Source: Basidiobolus meristosporus CBS 931.73
Taxonomy: Eukaryota; Fungi; Basidiobolomycota
Length of the DNA stretch: 64,000 nt
Reading direction: 5' to 3'
Assembly (NCBI GenBank): GCA_002104905.1
Contig: MCFE01000338.1
Coordinates: 1 to 64,000 of the forward strand
Shown here in pieces: positions 24,201-38,704 of the stretch. Positions within the stretch are counted from its first letter, which is position 1, and every line of letters begins with the position of its first letter. The translations under genes were made by a program, and so were the position numbers. The notes below the pieces were generated by a model that saw only the letters and a program-made list of their open reading frames with translations, was not told the DNA's origin and searched no databases.

Positions 24201-26153
24201 CATCAACAATCGGAAAGTAAACTTACATTTCGATTACTGAACTGAGGGTTCTTGATTTTGAGCCAACAAGGGCCCATGATGTTCCTTTTGATGATAAATG
24301 ACTCTAGAGCACTTGTATTTGTGCCAAACACCCTCTCAAAAGTCTCCCCGGTCAGATCGCTTGGTAGTTGTGGAACTAGAAGGGAACCACCGATTATGAG
24401 AACCATTCATCTAGATGAGCAAATGATTGAAAGGACTTACGGTTATAGGAATACACGACTTTCAAGTAGTCGGATTCAGCGGGTACGTCCATGATTTCAA
24501 ACGCATATTTACGGACAACCTCCTTTGCTCCCCAAGAACTGATGTTGTACTTCGAACAGACTTTACGGAATTCTTGGTACACATCAGACATGGTCACTTC
24601 GACATCAGTTGGATTTCCAGCGCCTAATGATCGGATGGTTCAATAAGAAATCCAAAAAACATGTGTGCTCCATCTGTAACTCACTGTCAATCTTGGTTTC
24701 CCGAGGGAGGACAAATACGTTTCTTTCAAGATTATTAACAGCCAAACAACAGCTTACATATGCATTTGATGAGCGATTGAAGACCTATGTTGAAGAAAGG
24801 TTAATATCCTGACATCCATGATGCACGGGGATTTGACATTGCATTAACCTTTCCAAAGAAATAGAGGGACCCGTTCTTCTCAAATACATCAATCCAATAA
24901 AGATCCAAAGTGCCATCCTCTTCCAGAACATGATCATTGAGTGAGCCAGCACCATTAGTGAATTCAGACTTTGGTTGTGTGGGTTGATCCATATTTGACG
25001 AGATCTTTTCCTGAATCTTCATCCAGGAGGTTTTGTCCTCCTCAGTCTCTGATTTGATTTTAACTGGAGAGATGGGCTCAACCTTCACATTCGAAATAGC
25101 CTCAGCTTTAACTTTCTGGTCGGTAGACTCGACCCCCTCCATGGTATCTTCCAAATCATCATTGAAGTCGTTGAAGTCGATATCTTGGAATTCAGCGAAC
25201 GCGTTTTCCGCCATGCTGCGGAATGTGGAGCGTTGCTCGATGCCGCTGCTCTCTTTCTTTGCAGGCTAGGATATTTGCACTTGAATAAGTATCAATCCTT
25301 CAAGATCACCCGAAATTGATAGGCTTACCTGAACATTGCTCTGCCACGTCGGAGTGGTATCCTCTTCCAGCTTTACGTCAGGCAATGATATATTCTTTGT
25401 TTCGCTCTGATTACCAAATAGCGCCAATTGCTTGATGTGCTGTGAATCGGTCACGGCGGTGTTTAACTTTTGTTTTTTTAGAATACGAGTGTTGACACTC
25501 GAATCCATATCATTCAGCAGGGAGTTCATGAATTCTTGCTCGTTAGCTGATGAGGTAACCTAAGTTGGGAGCGTTGAGTAAGTAATAGAAGGTTTTGGTA
25601 AAATCGCCAAGGATAACCTACATTTTTGGCTGCAGAACCTATGCTTTGGTGAGCTCTAGTGAAAAAGGGGTTGATTTTCTCTTTCTTAATCTTTCCCTCC
25701 TTCTTACTCTTTGAACCTCTCTTTCTCTTGGGAGTTCCTGAGGTTTCGAGAACGTTATTAACCAAAGCACGCAGAAAGTGAATATGGGTTTATGTTACCA
25801 TTATTCTGTGTAGTATCGTTGTCAGAAAACTCATCGGAATATTCCTCTTGGCCCCAATCTTCAGTACCGTGGTCAACATAACCACTGCCGTCGTCGTCCA
25901 CTACGAAATCCTGCTCTTCCAAACGAGATCTCACTAATTTCGAGTATTCTTTCTCGTCCACTTCGTCATATATGATGTCTTCTTGCACCTTTTACGTATG
26001 AGATCTGAGCAAGGATGAAGGGGACAAAGTTAAGTAAAAAGCGTTTACCTCGTACGTCTTTATTCTAGATTCGCCTCTCTGTTTGAGCTCACGAAGCTGT
26101 GCATATTTCTCGCCCTTGTTTTCTCGAGTCCGAAGGCGTCTCTCGTTAGTCAT
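21259..26153 (-). CDS. POL1: DNA polymerase alpha catalytic subunit, multi-exon
   Basis: N-terminal [16 protein letters not shown]; [34 protein letters not shown]; C-terminal Cys zinc domain. Confidence 0.98.
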
Positions 26154-26823
26154 ACTTTTAGGATAAAGCTAGCGCCCGCTACTGGTATCAGTCAGGTAAC
26201 GATTATTCAGTTCACCAAGTAGAATAAGAAACTTCCAGTGTTGGTGAATTTTTCAACGAGTATCATACACCACAGGGTTGGGAACCAGCAGTACACACGA
26301 TCTTTTGGAATTCAGTTCGTATTGTTATTGTTTACCCAATCCAGTCGAATTCAAGATGAAATCAAAACAAACTACACACGTTGGACTTGCAAATCAACTA
26401 ATTTCAAGCCAATCTTCACACTATACTTGTATGATCATTTAATGCAGGGATTGAAATGTCCGCGAAATAGTCAAACCTAATTATACCGCTGAAATATAGG
26501 CTAGGTAAATGAGGATCTCGCGATTAAATCTGGGACTCCAGTATCAGCAGATGTTTCTTACTTAAAAACATCCACTTTCTTAAGAGTCCGAAAGTATGGC
26601 TAACCATCGCAACTTGCTTCTTTTTATCTGAACACAAGTGATGATTCATTGGCTGTGGGCCAAAAGGTCACCTGATTCTGATCACGATGGGGGTTGGGTG
26701 CTCTAATTGGTATACTCCCCACACCCACATACGAAATTTTTGATCTCATGTAATCGTTCATTGTGGCTTAACATTTCCGTACCATAACCCGAGGTTGCTG
26801 CTTCGCAAATACAAGTCACCATA

Positions 26824-27513
26824 ATGCAGTGTCTGTATCGTCCTTCCTTCGGCATTCTCTCTCGCTACAGCGCCGCGCAAAAATCCGCGACCCTCGGTTT
26901 ATTCAGGAAATTCTCCAACACAGGTGCACGTTTATATGGGGAAGATCATACACCGCTAGTCAACATTCTCGCCCGAAAGGCCTCTTCACCTGCCATCGAT
27001 ATCATAGGCATTGATACTTTTACCCTAAGCGACGGTGAGAAGATCCAAGGTCCTATCATTATCTTAAACGGAACCGTCTTCGAATGGAACGTTCCTTATG
27101 GTAAAAAGAACGATGCCAAGCCTTTCGACACTTGGGTACCGGAAATGTTCAAATTGTTCGAAGTGGTTTCTCCCAAGCCTGGTAAATAAGTGGCATATGG
27201 CTTTAGCAGAAAGAATTTCTCGTCTAACTCACTAGATACTACAGAAATTTTGGTCCTTGGAACTGGTGACGATTTAGTACCTTTACCGGAAAGTCTTCGA
27301 CAATATCTCTTCAAACAAGGAGTCCAGATTGAGATCCAGAATACTGTACGAGTAATCCTAGCTCTACCTGATGTTGAACCGATATTTATTAACTATTGTT
27401 TTTGATAGAGGAGTGCCTGCCAAACCTACAACGTTTTACTTGATGAAGAACGTGCCGTTTCCGCGGCATTGCTACCTAGACTTCGATCTGTAAAGCTTGA
27501 CAAGAAACTCTAA
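26824..27513 (+). CDS. NDUFAF3: Mth938-like complex I assembly factor (NDUFAF3), 3 exons
   Basis: Mitochondrial-type presequence; GPIII..WNV, P|EILVLGTG, T|RSACQTYNVLLDEERAVSAALLP. Confidence 0.88.
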
Positions 27514-27709
27514 TTGTTGCATCTCAGTCATTATCTTCCACACCTGATAGTATTGTACACGTTCAGAGAAAACTTTCGGATTTTCTGGCATGATCTCTCG
27601 ATCTTGTGTGATGTTAAATAAAATCTAATTAAAATTTATTATTCACAATTCCAAGACCACCAAATCTCGTAAGTAATTACCAATGAGTACATAGGAATCA
27701 ACATATTGA

Positions 27710-28574
<865 letters not shown>

Positions 28575-28857
28575 TTATTTTCGTTATTCTGTTTTAGCAA
28601 TAGCTGATTGGCGAGGGATTTCTTAACCCTGTTGTCGTGAAAGCTCCCGCAGTCAGTTGGTCATTCGTTCATTAATTTATATTAACGATTACCAGGGCGC
28701 TCAATCGAAATATGGATTTAGGTTGATTAACTAAGAATTGACTTGGATATTTGACAACGAATGTGGTGTATTGTTTTGTTCGAAAAAATCTATCAATATT
28801 GACATCGTCCATAGATCAAAACAAACAAATACTGGGTGCTCCAAACAACTGCTTTAA

Positions 28858-29706
<849 letters not shown>

Positions 29707-30800
29707 TCACATGGTTCATCCTTACGTGCTTAACCAGCACTTAGTCGATTCAATTCGTAATCTAACTTTTGAGCACTCTTCTTCGTGTAATTAGAATTCA
29801 TCAATTTATAAATTGTATTATTTCAACACATGGCTTACGTAGTTGGGTTTGGAGTCTTAATGATACTGTTTATTGACGGATATTTCTGCAAATGTACATG
29901 GGGTATTACCGGGTACCAGGTGGCTTGTAAAATTGAATGTTACTGTGAATCATCAACGATTGATAGTTGAGAAGGCTCGATAAGATCTACTTCACACCAT
30001 CCTCAATATCATACATACTGAGTCTAGGCCTGCTTTTGACTCGCTTCAAAAACCTATGCCGCAATGGTATCCAAGCTTCATGTATTTGGGCGCACGTTGG
30101 TTACGACCGGTTAGAATTTCTGTATATGGATCCTTTGGGGTTAGCAAAGCAACAAAGCGACGGGAAGCCTGTTCCCAACGAGAGACACCTCGAACCTCCA
30201 CCACGACATGGAGAATGGTCAACAGAATCGAGACGACGACAAATAGCGAGGAATCCATGTTGATGCGAAGTAAGGAATTTATCTTTGAAGAGCAACATTG
30301 TTCACGAGTTTTATAGTGTTTTGGAAAATTCCGATTAAGAACTCATTGGGTAAGGAGTGGTGGTCACAAGGAAACGGAATAGACCATTATAATGTTGGGC
30401 TTTGCCACAATCCATCACGAAATGATTGTGTGATACAGGTGGTTTAGGATGATTTGCTGCATTGCCAGTGCTTACCTACCACCGCCATTACTACTGACCA
30501 TGCTCACCACCCCCTATTTAATTTGGGTTATTTTGGCATCTCATGCACCGGATTGTTCCTTATGCAACGCTGTTATTCTCCTCATGCACTCCGTTGAAAG
30601 CGTGAAGAGGTATCATTGCCACCGTCTCCCCTGCGATCATTGGGGCTGTTAGGGTTTAGTCCCGATTTACCCCAGGTGGATTCATTGCAGTGATTGAAAT
30701 AGATTTGGAACATTGAACGGTCTTGGAACGCGAAAGGCTATTCACCAAGATATCAAGGGTAACTTTATATACGAGTATAGTCTGTGTACAAAATGCTAAA

Positions 30801-31705
30801 TTAATTGTCTGGTGTACGATTCCAATCTTGCTCGACTTTTTGGATTAGTTCCTCACGATCAAACTTGCGGACTTCAGTGGCATCACGCCAGGTGAGCAGA
30901 GGGTCGGTGAACGGCATCCACAGGCTCTCAAGGTCGTATTTTTTACGGGATTCTGAAGAAAACAGTTGAACGACCATCTTTGAAAGATCGATCAATGTCC
31001 AGTCCTCACTGTTTCGTCCCTCAACGTGGATATGTGAGGGGATCGACTTATCGAATGGACGGTGGCGCTTGACCTAGACATTTCGTTGGTTAGTATGAGT
31101 CGACCACACCCAAACTCCCCAGGAGTCGTAACAACACTCACCTTGCGTAGTAATTCTTCAGCCAACGAGTCCAAGTGACGAGCGGAAGTTGCTTCCGCGA
31201 CAATCATATAGTCTGTCCATTCACACTTTCTGCGCATATCCAACACCACAAGGTTCTGTGCTTTTTCTTTTTTCAGGAAATCGACGCATTTCTCCAACGT
31301 CAACAGTCCATCCTCGGCGGTGATTTTCTCCTCGCTCGTATCGTATCCGCCCCCGGGCTGCAGGTTTTGGGCCTTACGCTGCCAAAGTGGTACGAAGCTG
31401 CTTTTGTCTCCGTCGATTAGCGGAGTCTGCTCGTATTCAGGGTCAACAAACCAGTCGTCGTTGGCATTTTCTTGGTCCTCGTCGTCGTCCTGTAGAGCGA
31501 ACAACTCGGGAAACTCTTCCGGGTTTAATGTTTCTAATTCCTGCTCTTTTGAAACGGGGTCTTTCGAGTCCGTATCCTGTGTGGTGGTTTTCTTGGTGTT
31601 GAAGAGTCTATGCTGGAAGGGTGAAGGTCTCGTAAAGGTAGCCACTCTTATCCCAAGAGTGGCTGTTGTGAATGGGGAGGGAGCCCTGAGGAAATTGCGT
31701 AACAT
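30801..31705 (-). CDS. Mitochondrial RsfS/Iojap family protein (MALSU1/Atp25-N-like), 2 exons
   Basis: Presequence; KAQNLVVLDM, DYMIVAEATSARHL, intron then EGRNSEDWTLIDL..VVQLFSSESRKKYDLESLW. Confidence 0.85.
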
Positions 31706-32065
31706 GGGGATATGTGCTATGTGAACAGGTGAATAGATGGATTTGATACAATTCTATGAAAGGTTTCCTAACCACAAAGTATACTGCAGAACGGACCAAA
31801 TAACAAAATTCAATTCAATGAAAAAAATTTCCTTGTCCAGGTAGCAGTAGATTAAAATTTTGATGTTTTACTCGGGCCAATCATGAATCCGCAATAACGC
31901 TTTCTTGCCATAAAAGTCTCTACACAGTGGTTACATGCGTGACTGCAAAATGAGAAATGAGCTTATCTGCTCCAGCGTTGATTCAAGCAAGTGAACGCTC
32001 GATTTTTATTGAAAGTGTAATTATGACCAGCAGGATAAAATACCTGATTTGCTATGAACATGGCT

Positions 32066-32516
32066 CTAGTTGATTTTTACATCAGCGCAGTTGACATAGT
32101 TCTCGTTAGTAAGTTGGGCATTCCAGTGGAATCGAAGCACGCACTGCTCACAGACAACCCCCTTGGGCAGTTGCACAGATAGTGCTTTGGTCGCCAGTAC
32201 GCTCAGCACAATTCCAGGTATGGATTGTCTTGAACCCGGAGTCTGGGTGGGTTGACAGGTCAATGCTGCAGCTACCCTTGTGTGCAGCACCAATTTCCCA
32301 GCTAATTGAGATGCTGGATCCGGACTTGTAGGCTGTGCTTGGTTTACCAGGAGGGTTACCACCACACGGCATGCTGTTATTTGGGCCACGGGTAATGGTC
32401 AGTCCATTGCCCTTATCACCAGGAGGGGTTCTTACTTCAGGTTTGCTCATATAGCCATGTCCCAGAACGTGAATGATGAACGAAATCAGCAAAGTAATGA
32501 CGAAAAGTTTGGTCAT
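32066..32516 (-). pseudogene. Small secreted His-brace LPMO-like protein, copy A, +1 frameshift at 32181
   Basis: Signal peptide then HGYM; near-identical to 33038-33499 from EVRTPPG onward; extra base in AGC-ACT-ATC vs AGC-ACA-TCT. Confidence 0.75.
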
Positions 32517-33037
32517 ATTTCTTGGTGTCTATCCTTGTTGTAGTTGAATGGCAGGTCAAATTGATGAAAGTGGCTTTATATAATATAGCAGCGTACCCCG
32601 ATCTGATTACAGACCTGACAATAAGGATTGCATCTGTTGCAACCGGTATGTAGAAAGTATGATGACCTGAGACTATTACATAATTGATGTGTCCAACGAG
32701 ACTTCACATTTAGATAGCGAGGAGTAGTAGAGGTGCATTTTACCCAGGAAATATCATAAACCCCTGATGGTCCTTTGCTCAAGTGAAGAATGAAACTTTC
32801 TGTAGATGAAGATTGCGATGAACGCCATCTGATTATTAAAACCGTTTCTATCAATGATGTCATCTTCTAACCATAAACTAGGTTCTTATTTTGACAACTA
32901 GCTGTAGACGTTAGTGTAGAATTCTCCCCATGGGATGGATTTTATTTGCTAGAGAAGGTCAGGATACAATGAAATTCGGAATCATGTCCAGCAAGATGCC
33001 CAAAGTGACGGTTGGTCTTTACATGACAGGGAATGCT

Positions 33038-33499
33038 CTAGTTGATTTGTACATCAGCACAGTTGACATAGTTCTCGTTAGTAAGTTGGGCATTCCAGTG
33101 GAATCGAAGCACGCACTGCTCACAGACAACCCCCTTGGGCAATTGCACAGATGTGCTTTGGTCGCCAGTACGCTCAGCACAGTTCCAGGTATGGATTGTC
33201 TTGAACCCGGAGTCTGGGTGGGTTGACAGGTCAATGCTGCAGCTACCCTTGTGTGCAGCACCAATTTCCCAGCTAATTGAGATGCTGGATCCGGACTTGT
33301 AGGTTGTGCTTGGTTTACCAGGAGGGTTACCACCACACGGCATGTTGTTGTTTGGGCCACGGGTAATGGTCAGTCCATTGCCCTTATCACCAGGAGGGGT
33401 TCTTACTTCAGGACTGGTCATGTGTCCATGGGTTGCCACTTGCACAACAAGGACAGCAATAGTGAAGAATGCTAGGAGTATTCTGGAGATGGCAGCCAT
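33038..33499 (-). CDS. Small secreted His-brace LPMO-like protein, copy B, intact
   Basis: Signal peptide then His1 (HGHM), PCGG, AAHKG, CEQCVLRFHW, ENYVNCADV; 6 Cys; ~130-aa mature domain. Confidence 0.85.
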   Translation of the reverse strand: MAAISRILLAFFTIAVLVVQVATHGHMTSPEVRTPPGDKGNGLTITRGPNNNMPCGGNPPGKPSTTYKSGSSISISWEIGAAHKGSCSIDLSTHPDSGFKTIHTWNCAERTGDQSTSVQLPKGVVCEQCVLRFHWNAQLTNENYVNCADVQIN

Positions 33500-34461
33500 T
33501 GTGATAGTAAAGCTCTTTTGTGATGTTCTAGAAGAATTTTACAGCTTAAATAGCTCAAAGTCTTCTCCATGTTGTGTGAATTCAAACCCGATCCCTACTT
33601 TGCCCATTCATTTCATACAAGCTGCATTCTTGATTTCATATTGGAGTTAGAAATTTTGGTCGGTGTCCCACTACTAATTTTGGAGGGACCGTATTACCCT
33701 AGCACTGAATCCTAACACGGAATCCTATTGATCGTTGAAAACTGCCTATTCCTCATCAAGGCTACAATGTGATATTTAACTGGTATTTCTCAGGATACTG
33801 TCTTATTTTAATGTTTCTTTCACGCAGGTGCCTTGTCTCACCTTGCATGTGATCGGTTTAATACTTTATGTGAGGTATCGATACTATTTGGGTGTCACGG
33901 GGAAGGTAAAAATTAATCGCCGCAAGTCATGGTAAGAATTGATCCAATGTTGTGTTTCAAGGGAACAGATGTTGTAACATCCACACCATCAACTTGATAA
34001 CCAATTAGCTATACCTCACTATCACCAAATACTTTATTCTGGCTTATATTTAAATCGAAATGCTAGATTGTATGATACATACGACTTTACTAGCAAAGTA
34101 CTAAAAGAAGTAATCAAATATGTATATATTCAAAACGATTTGCTCAGTTGTAGCGGAGAAAACACCGAATAGTGTCACATATTTCCCAAGTTCCAGTTGG
34201 AAAATTGACCAGAAGTCTAGCTCAGACTGTTCTGTATAAAGTCCTCAGGATTCAGACTATTTGTACATAATAAATACTAGTCATTGCACCACTATCAAGC
34301 CCTGTCCTTCAACACTGATGGTATTTCGAGTACGACACCATGACGTCAATATCAAACTTTTTTAGACAGTTCGAATCGAAAGAAAATCCCATATCAATTC
34401 ATATAGACTTGATGTCGCATTGATCACTTCAGTATTCTTTCTACGCTAGTGACTACCAACA

Positions 34462-35413
34462 ATGACTACTGCTCCAGTTGTAATCATCACCGGCGCATCC
34501 CGGGGTATTGGTCGAGCCATCGCTCTGGACGTCTTGAAACTCGGTGGAAAGGTAATGGCTGTTGCTCGGTCCGAAGCCGAGCTCAAGAAACTACAGGAAG
34601 AAGCTGCCAACCCAGAATCCGTTGCATATTTGGTTGGCGATCTTACTGAGGATGCGGTGGTTAAGAAGGTCGTCGAAGAGACAATCAGCAACTTTGGTAG
34701 AGTCACCTCTGTTGTCTTGAATGCAGGGTAGGCGGCTGTTTTTAGAAGTATCACCCAAACGAGTTTTTAATGAGGTTGGAAATGGTAGAGTCATCGAGCC
34801 AGTGAAATCAATTGCGACTAGCTCTATTGAAGAATGGAAAAAGTAAGAGATCTTGTTTCGTTTGTTGAGAATTTGAGGCTGAATTCAACCTTACTAGACT
34901 TTTCGACATCAACTTTTTCTCCGTGCTGTCTCTTGTGCAACAGTCCCTACCTCACTTGAGAAAAACAAAGGGTAACCTTGTGATGGTGAGCTCGGGAGCA
35001 GGGTACAAAGCCTATGAAGGATGGTCTGCCTACTGCTGGTAATATCGTTATCATATAGAGTTGTTGGTTGCTAATTGGCGCTAACCAAATGTATATTGTA
35101 CAGCTCAAAAGCCGCCATCAATATGCTTGCCTTGAGTGTTTCCAAAGAAGAGACTGACGTCAAATCGATCGCTGTTCGTCCAGGTGCGGTTGATACAGAT
35201 ATGCAAAAAACTATTCGCGAGCTAGGTGTGGGTAACATGGCCGAATACGACTACTCTCGCTTTGTCACAATGAAAACAACCTCTACTCTGGTCAAGCCAG
35301 AAGATTGCGGCTATGTGATGGCCAAGCTGGCAGTTCAGGGTGTTCCAGCTGATCTCAATGGTGAATTTGTTAGCTGGGACGATGTTGCTTTGAAGGACTA
35401 CAGAAGAGAATGA
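34462..35413 (+). CDS. Short-chain dehydrogenase/reductase (benzil/sepiapterin reductase-like), multi-exon
   Basis: ITGASRGIG, LNAG, MVSSGAG, AYC|SSKAA, VRPGAVDTDMQ. Confidence 0.9.
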
Positions 35414-35531
35414 GGTCGTAAAGAAATATACCATTTTTGAATCTGAAGTCCTGTTTGTTGAATAAAGGCAGTACCAATCTAATCTAGAATGACTCGAAGA
35501 ATGCAATCATTTATTTCTAGTGTTTAAATGA

Positions 35532-36247
35532 CTAAAGCTTGGATGCTAGGGTTCCTTCAAAAGTCTTCTTGAATGATTCCCTTTCAATAATTCTCTTGTA
35601 CCAAGCGCTTAATTTAGGATAATCTCCATCGCTGGTTAGAACTTGCCTTCGGGGATCACCGCCAGGTCGGAAAGTGGGGGGATCAAGAATAAATCAGCCC
35701 AAGTCAAAGTGTTGCCCATCACATAGGGCCCCGCTTCGTCCAGCATATCCTCAACTATTCTCAAAACCTCCTCCATCTCCTCGACTCCTTGTTTAATGCT
35801 GTCTTTGATATCATTTTCACTCTTGCCTTCATTTTGGAGCGAGAGACGAGGCTTGACTACGCCGTGCTCAACTCGGTTAAATACGAACTGGGAGATAAAC
35901 GAGATCCAACGGTTTAGAATGGCATTGGCTTGTACATTCTCTCTCTCGGGTCGAAGCTTGGATTTGTCTTGGAAGGCCTCCTCGATATAATTGGCGATTG
36001 CTACTGACTCGAACAACCAAAAGCCATTGTGAGAAAAGGAGGGTATGAATCCCAAGGGGTGGTGGGTTTTTGCACCCTCCGAGTGGGGGAGCTCAGGCTG
36101 TTGAACGAAATCCAAGCCTTTCTCGTGGAGCCTTTAAAAGGAGGATTAGCAGTCAGACTGTAAACTCAAATCCTTCCTACTTTACCCTAATGCAATAGTG
36201 CGCGTAAAAGTGGATACTGGGTTCCCGACAAGGATGATACTTGACAT
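35532..36247 (-). CDS. Glutathione S-transferase, 2 exons, apparent 1-nt deletion near 35640
   Basis: STFTRTIAL, HPLGFIPSF, LFESVAIANYI, TLTWADLF; C-terminal YPKLSAWYKRIIERESFKKT lies in a shifted frame after PEGK. Confidence 0.85.
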
Positions 36248-36640
36248 GACTTCAATATGGCTAAGATGCGAAGCAAGGCCAACAAAAGGCACAATGGAAG
36301 TACTGATGAGATAATCGACCATTGTGACGTAAGATCTCGATAGGATCACCCCTCCATATTGATTCATTGGTATTTGGATGGAGGTCTTGGTGTCGGTTGC
36401 ACCCACGCATTCCACATATCGGCCTAAGCCAAGGGACTCCTCCCTGAATTAGGACGTTTTCACTGACACATTAATCAAGATATATATGGGGATTGGGCAG
36501 AGAACAATGGAGCACTTCCCGCTAAGCCATCTGCTTCAGGTCAGCTTATGGATCGGTATAAGCCAAATCTCCACCGTTCAGGGTCTTGTTACCTCTTCTG
36601 GCAGGGCTTTAACAGAAAGGTGTCGGAATTTTAATCTTTA

Positions 36641-38183
36641 ATGGAGCTGAATCTCCTTATCAATCGAGCAAAAGCCCTCCTCCAGCCTTATAACTCGTCT
36701 ACGTCGACAGTAGAGCCAGTAATGAGCCTTGAATACGGATGTGAAGCGGCATCTCATAAAAAGACATCATCGTTTACTATTGGAGATTCTTGCATTCTTT
36801 GCTCTCCGAACTTCCCAGAGACATCTGCTTCAGAATACTACTGGAGAAATCTTCTCAGCATGTCGTCGGTCCGTGCGCCACCATCACCCGACTCCACCGC
36901 AAATCCTCAACAAGACATCGCACCTGAGCCTAGCTCTTCTAAATCCAAACCAAAAAAAAATAAAGCCAGCTCCGAAGCCCCCTTTACATCCAAGTTTTCA
37001 ATCCACGAATCCCCTGATATTCCTAACTCATTCTCCAGTGCTTTCAGCACCTTCTCCCTGAACTCCACCCACCAACCTCCCAACTCCAATGCCACTCCAG
37101 AGAAACCCTACGCCTGTAACCAGTGCGACCAGACTTTCAGCCGCCACCATAACCTCAAGTCGCACTATTTGACGCACAATCAGGAGCGTCAGCATCAATG
37201 TACAATATGCCATCACTTCTTTAGACGCCAGCATGATCTCAAAAGACATTTGAAGCTTCACACTGGAGAGCGCCCTCATGAGTGCGAAACATGTGGCCGG
37301 ACCTTTGCCAGATTAGATGCATTGAATCGCCATCGGAAAGCCGAAAGCGGGACTGGGTGCAGCACCTCAAAGAACCGGGGGAAAGTGGCGATCGTTCCAC
37401 ACGACGCCTTCTCTTCTGAGCCAGCATCCAGCAGTCTTCACCAGCAAGATCAGAAACAGCCCCCGCTCCGGATCGCCACATCAATGCATCAATCCAGCTC
37501 AACGGAGTATATTTTCTATCACCACTCTCCTCTTGACCACGATTCCTCCATTGAACTGAACTCCCCCACTATTCCCTCATCCTCATCACAGCCACCGGGT
37601 GGTCCTACATTACCAAATCCAGCCTCTCCCCAATCAATGCAAATATGGCAGGTGAGTGGTGACTCGATTTTTCTGGTTATGCACGCTGCACTCACAACCT
37701 CTCTTCCTTTTCCCGCTCCAGATGTACCAAGCCCCCCGAGAAGCTACACCTGACGGCATCTCGCATTCAGTCCATCCCAATCGAGCCAGTGTGGAGGACA
37801 GGCATCTTTCTGAGAGGGAGCACTCCTATGAGCTGCAAAGGGGCTCTTCGGTCTCCACTTTATCGGACGAGGAAGGTAAATCTGGCTACGACAGAAGTCA
37901 TCTCTACTCGGAAGAGTACCTGCAGGAGCGAAACAAGTATCTTGAATCAAGAGTGAGCGAGCTGGAGCACGAAGTAATAGCTGAGCGGAAGCTGCGGAGG
38001 CATCGAGAGTATCTCGAGGAGCGTGTCCGAGAACTGGAGATTGAGGTAAACCATCTTGTGTACACCGTTGGAAACCACGCAGACTTCTCAACGGCCCAAA
38101 AATCTCTAGAAATCGCTGCTCAAAAGCCTACTCATCGAAAGAAGGGACGAGTCCAACGCCACGCAATACAAGCCTTCCTTTGA
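36641..38183 (+). CDS. C2H2 zinc-finger transcription factor (3 fingers) with C-terminal coiled coil, 2 exons; start uncertain
   Basis: CNQCDQTFSRHHNLKSH, CTICHHFFRRQHDLKRH, TGERPHECETC; intron about 37650-37720; heptad-rich YLESRVSELEHEV region. Confidence 0.88.
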
Positions 38184-38704
38184 AAAGAAGCGAAAATCCA
38201 CCTGATTTGAGCCGCTTGGATGCATAGATTTAATGCAGAATGTGAATAGCAAAGCTTATAATTGATTAAGCTTAGTTGATTTTCCTTGTAATATATTTTC
38301 CCTTCTATATATAAATATGCATGGTAATCTGGACTCTACGGAGCAGTGGAATGGGGCCATCATGGCCACTCACCAAAAATGATTGTTTGCACATTCAATC
38401 GGGTATTCCAGCGTTTCCGAAATCTAGATGCTGGCAACCAACACAACGCCTTTGCAGAACTGAACATACCTGGATAGCGACGTAATTGTTGTTCAGATTG
38501 GGTTGTTAGCAGAGCGGGAAACAAGAGCTATTAGCTGGTGATGGGGCTAAATATAGCGCTTGGCACCAGGGGTCTCTGATTGGTTCCGAGTTTAGAAAGA
38601 TTAATTTCGTGCATAGGTCTGAATCGGTTATATCCAACAAAATACAACCGGGACGATATATATGTCGTGAAGCACTAATCGCACGCTACGTTATCCTTGA
38701 AAAA

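Noticed and set aside
26460-26467. CCGCGAAA (SCB/E2F-like) upstream of POL1
   Set aside because: Single short motif; similar words occur upstream of the RGS gene (16860) and COX5 (60315), so no specificity can be claimed
29967-30316. Overlapping short ORFs incl. a signal-peptide-like 70-aa ORF (30046-30258, -)
   Set aside because: Three frames open at once, no recognisable motif; cannot choose a real one without expression data
33676-33693. TTTTGGAGGGACCGTA resembling a Tc1/mariner terminus
   Set aside because: No matching opposite end or transposase remnant found
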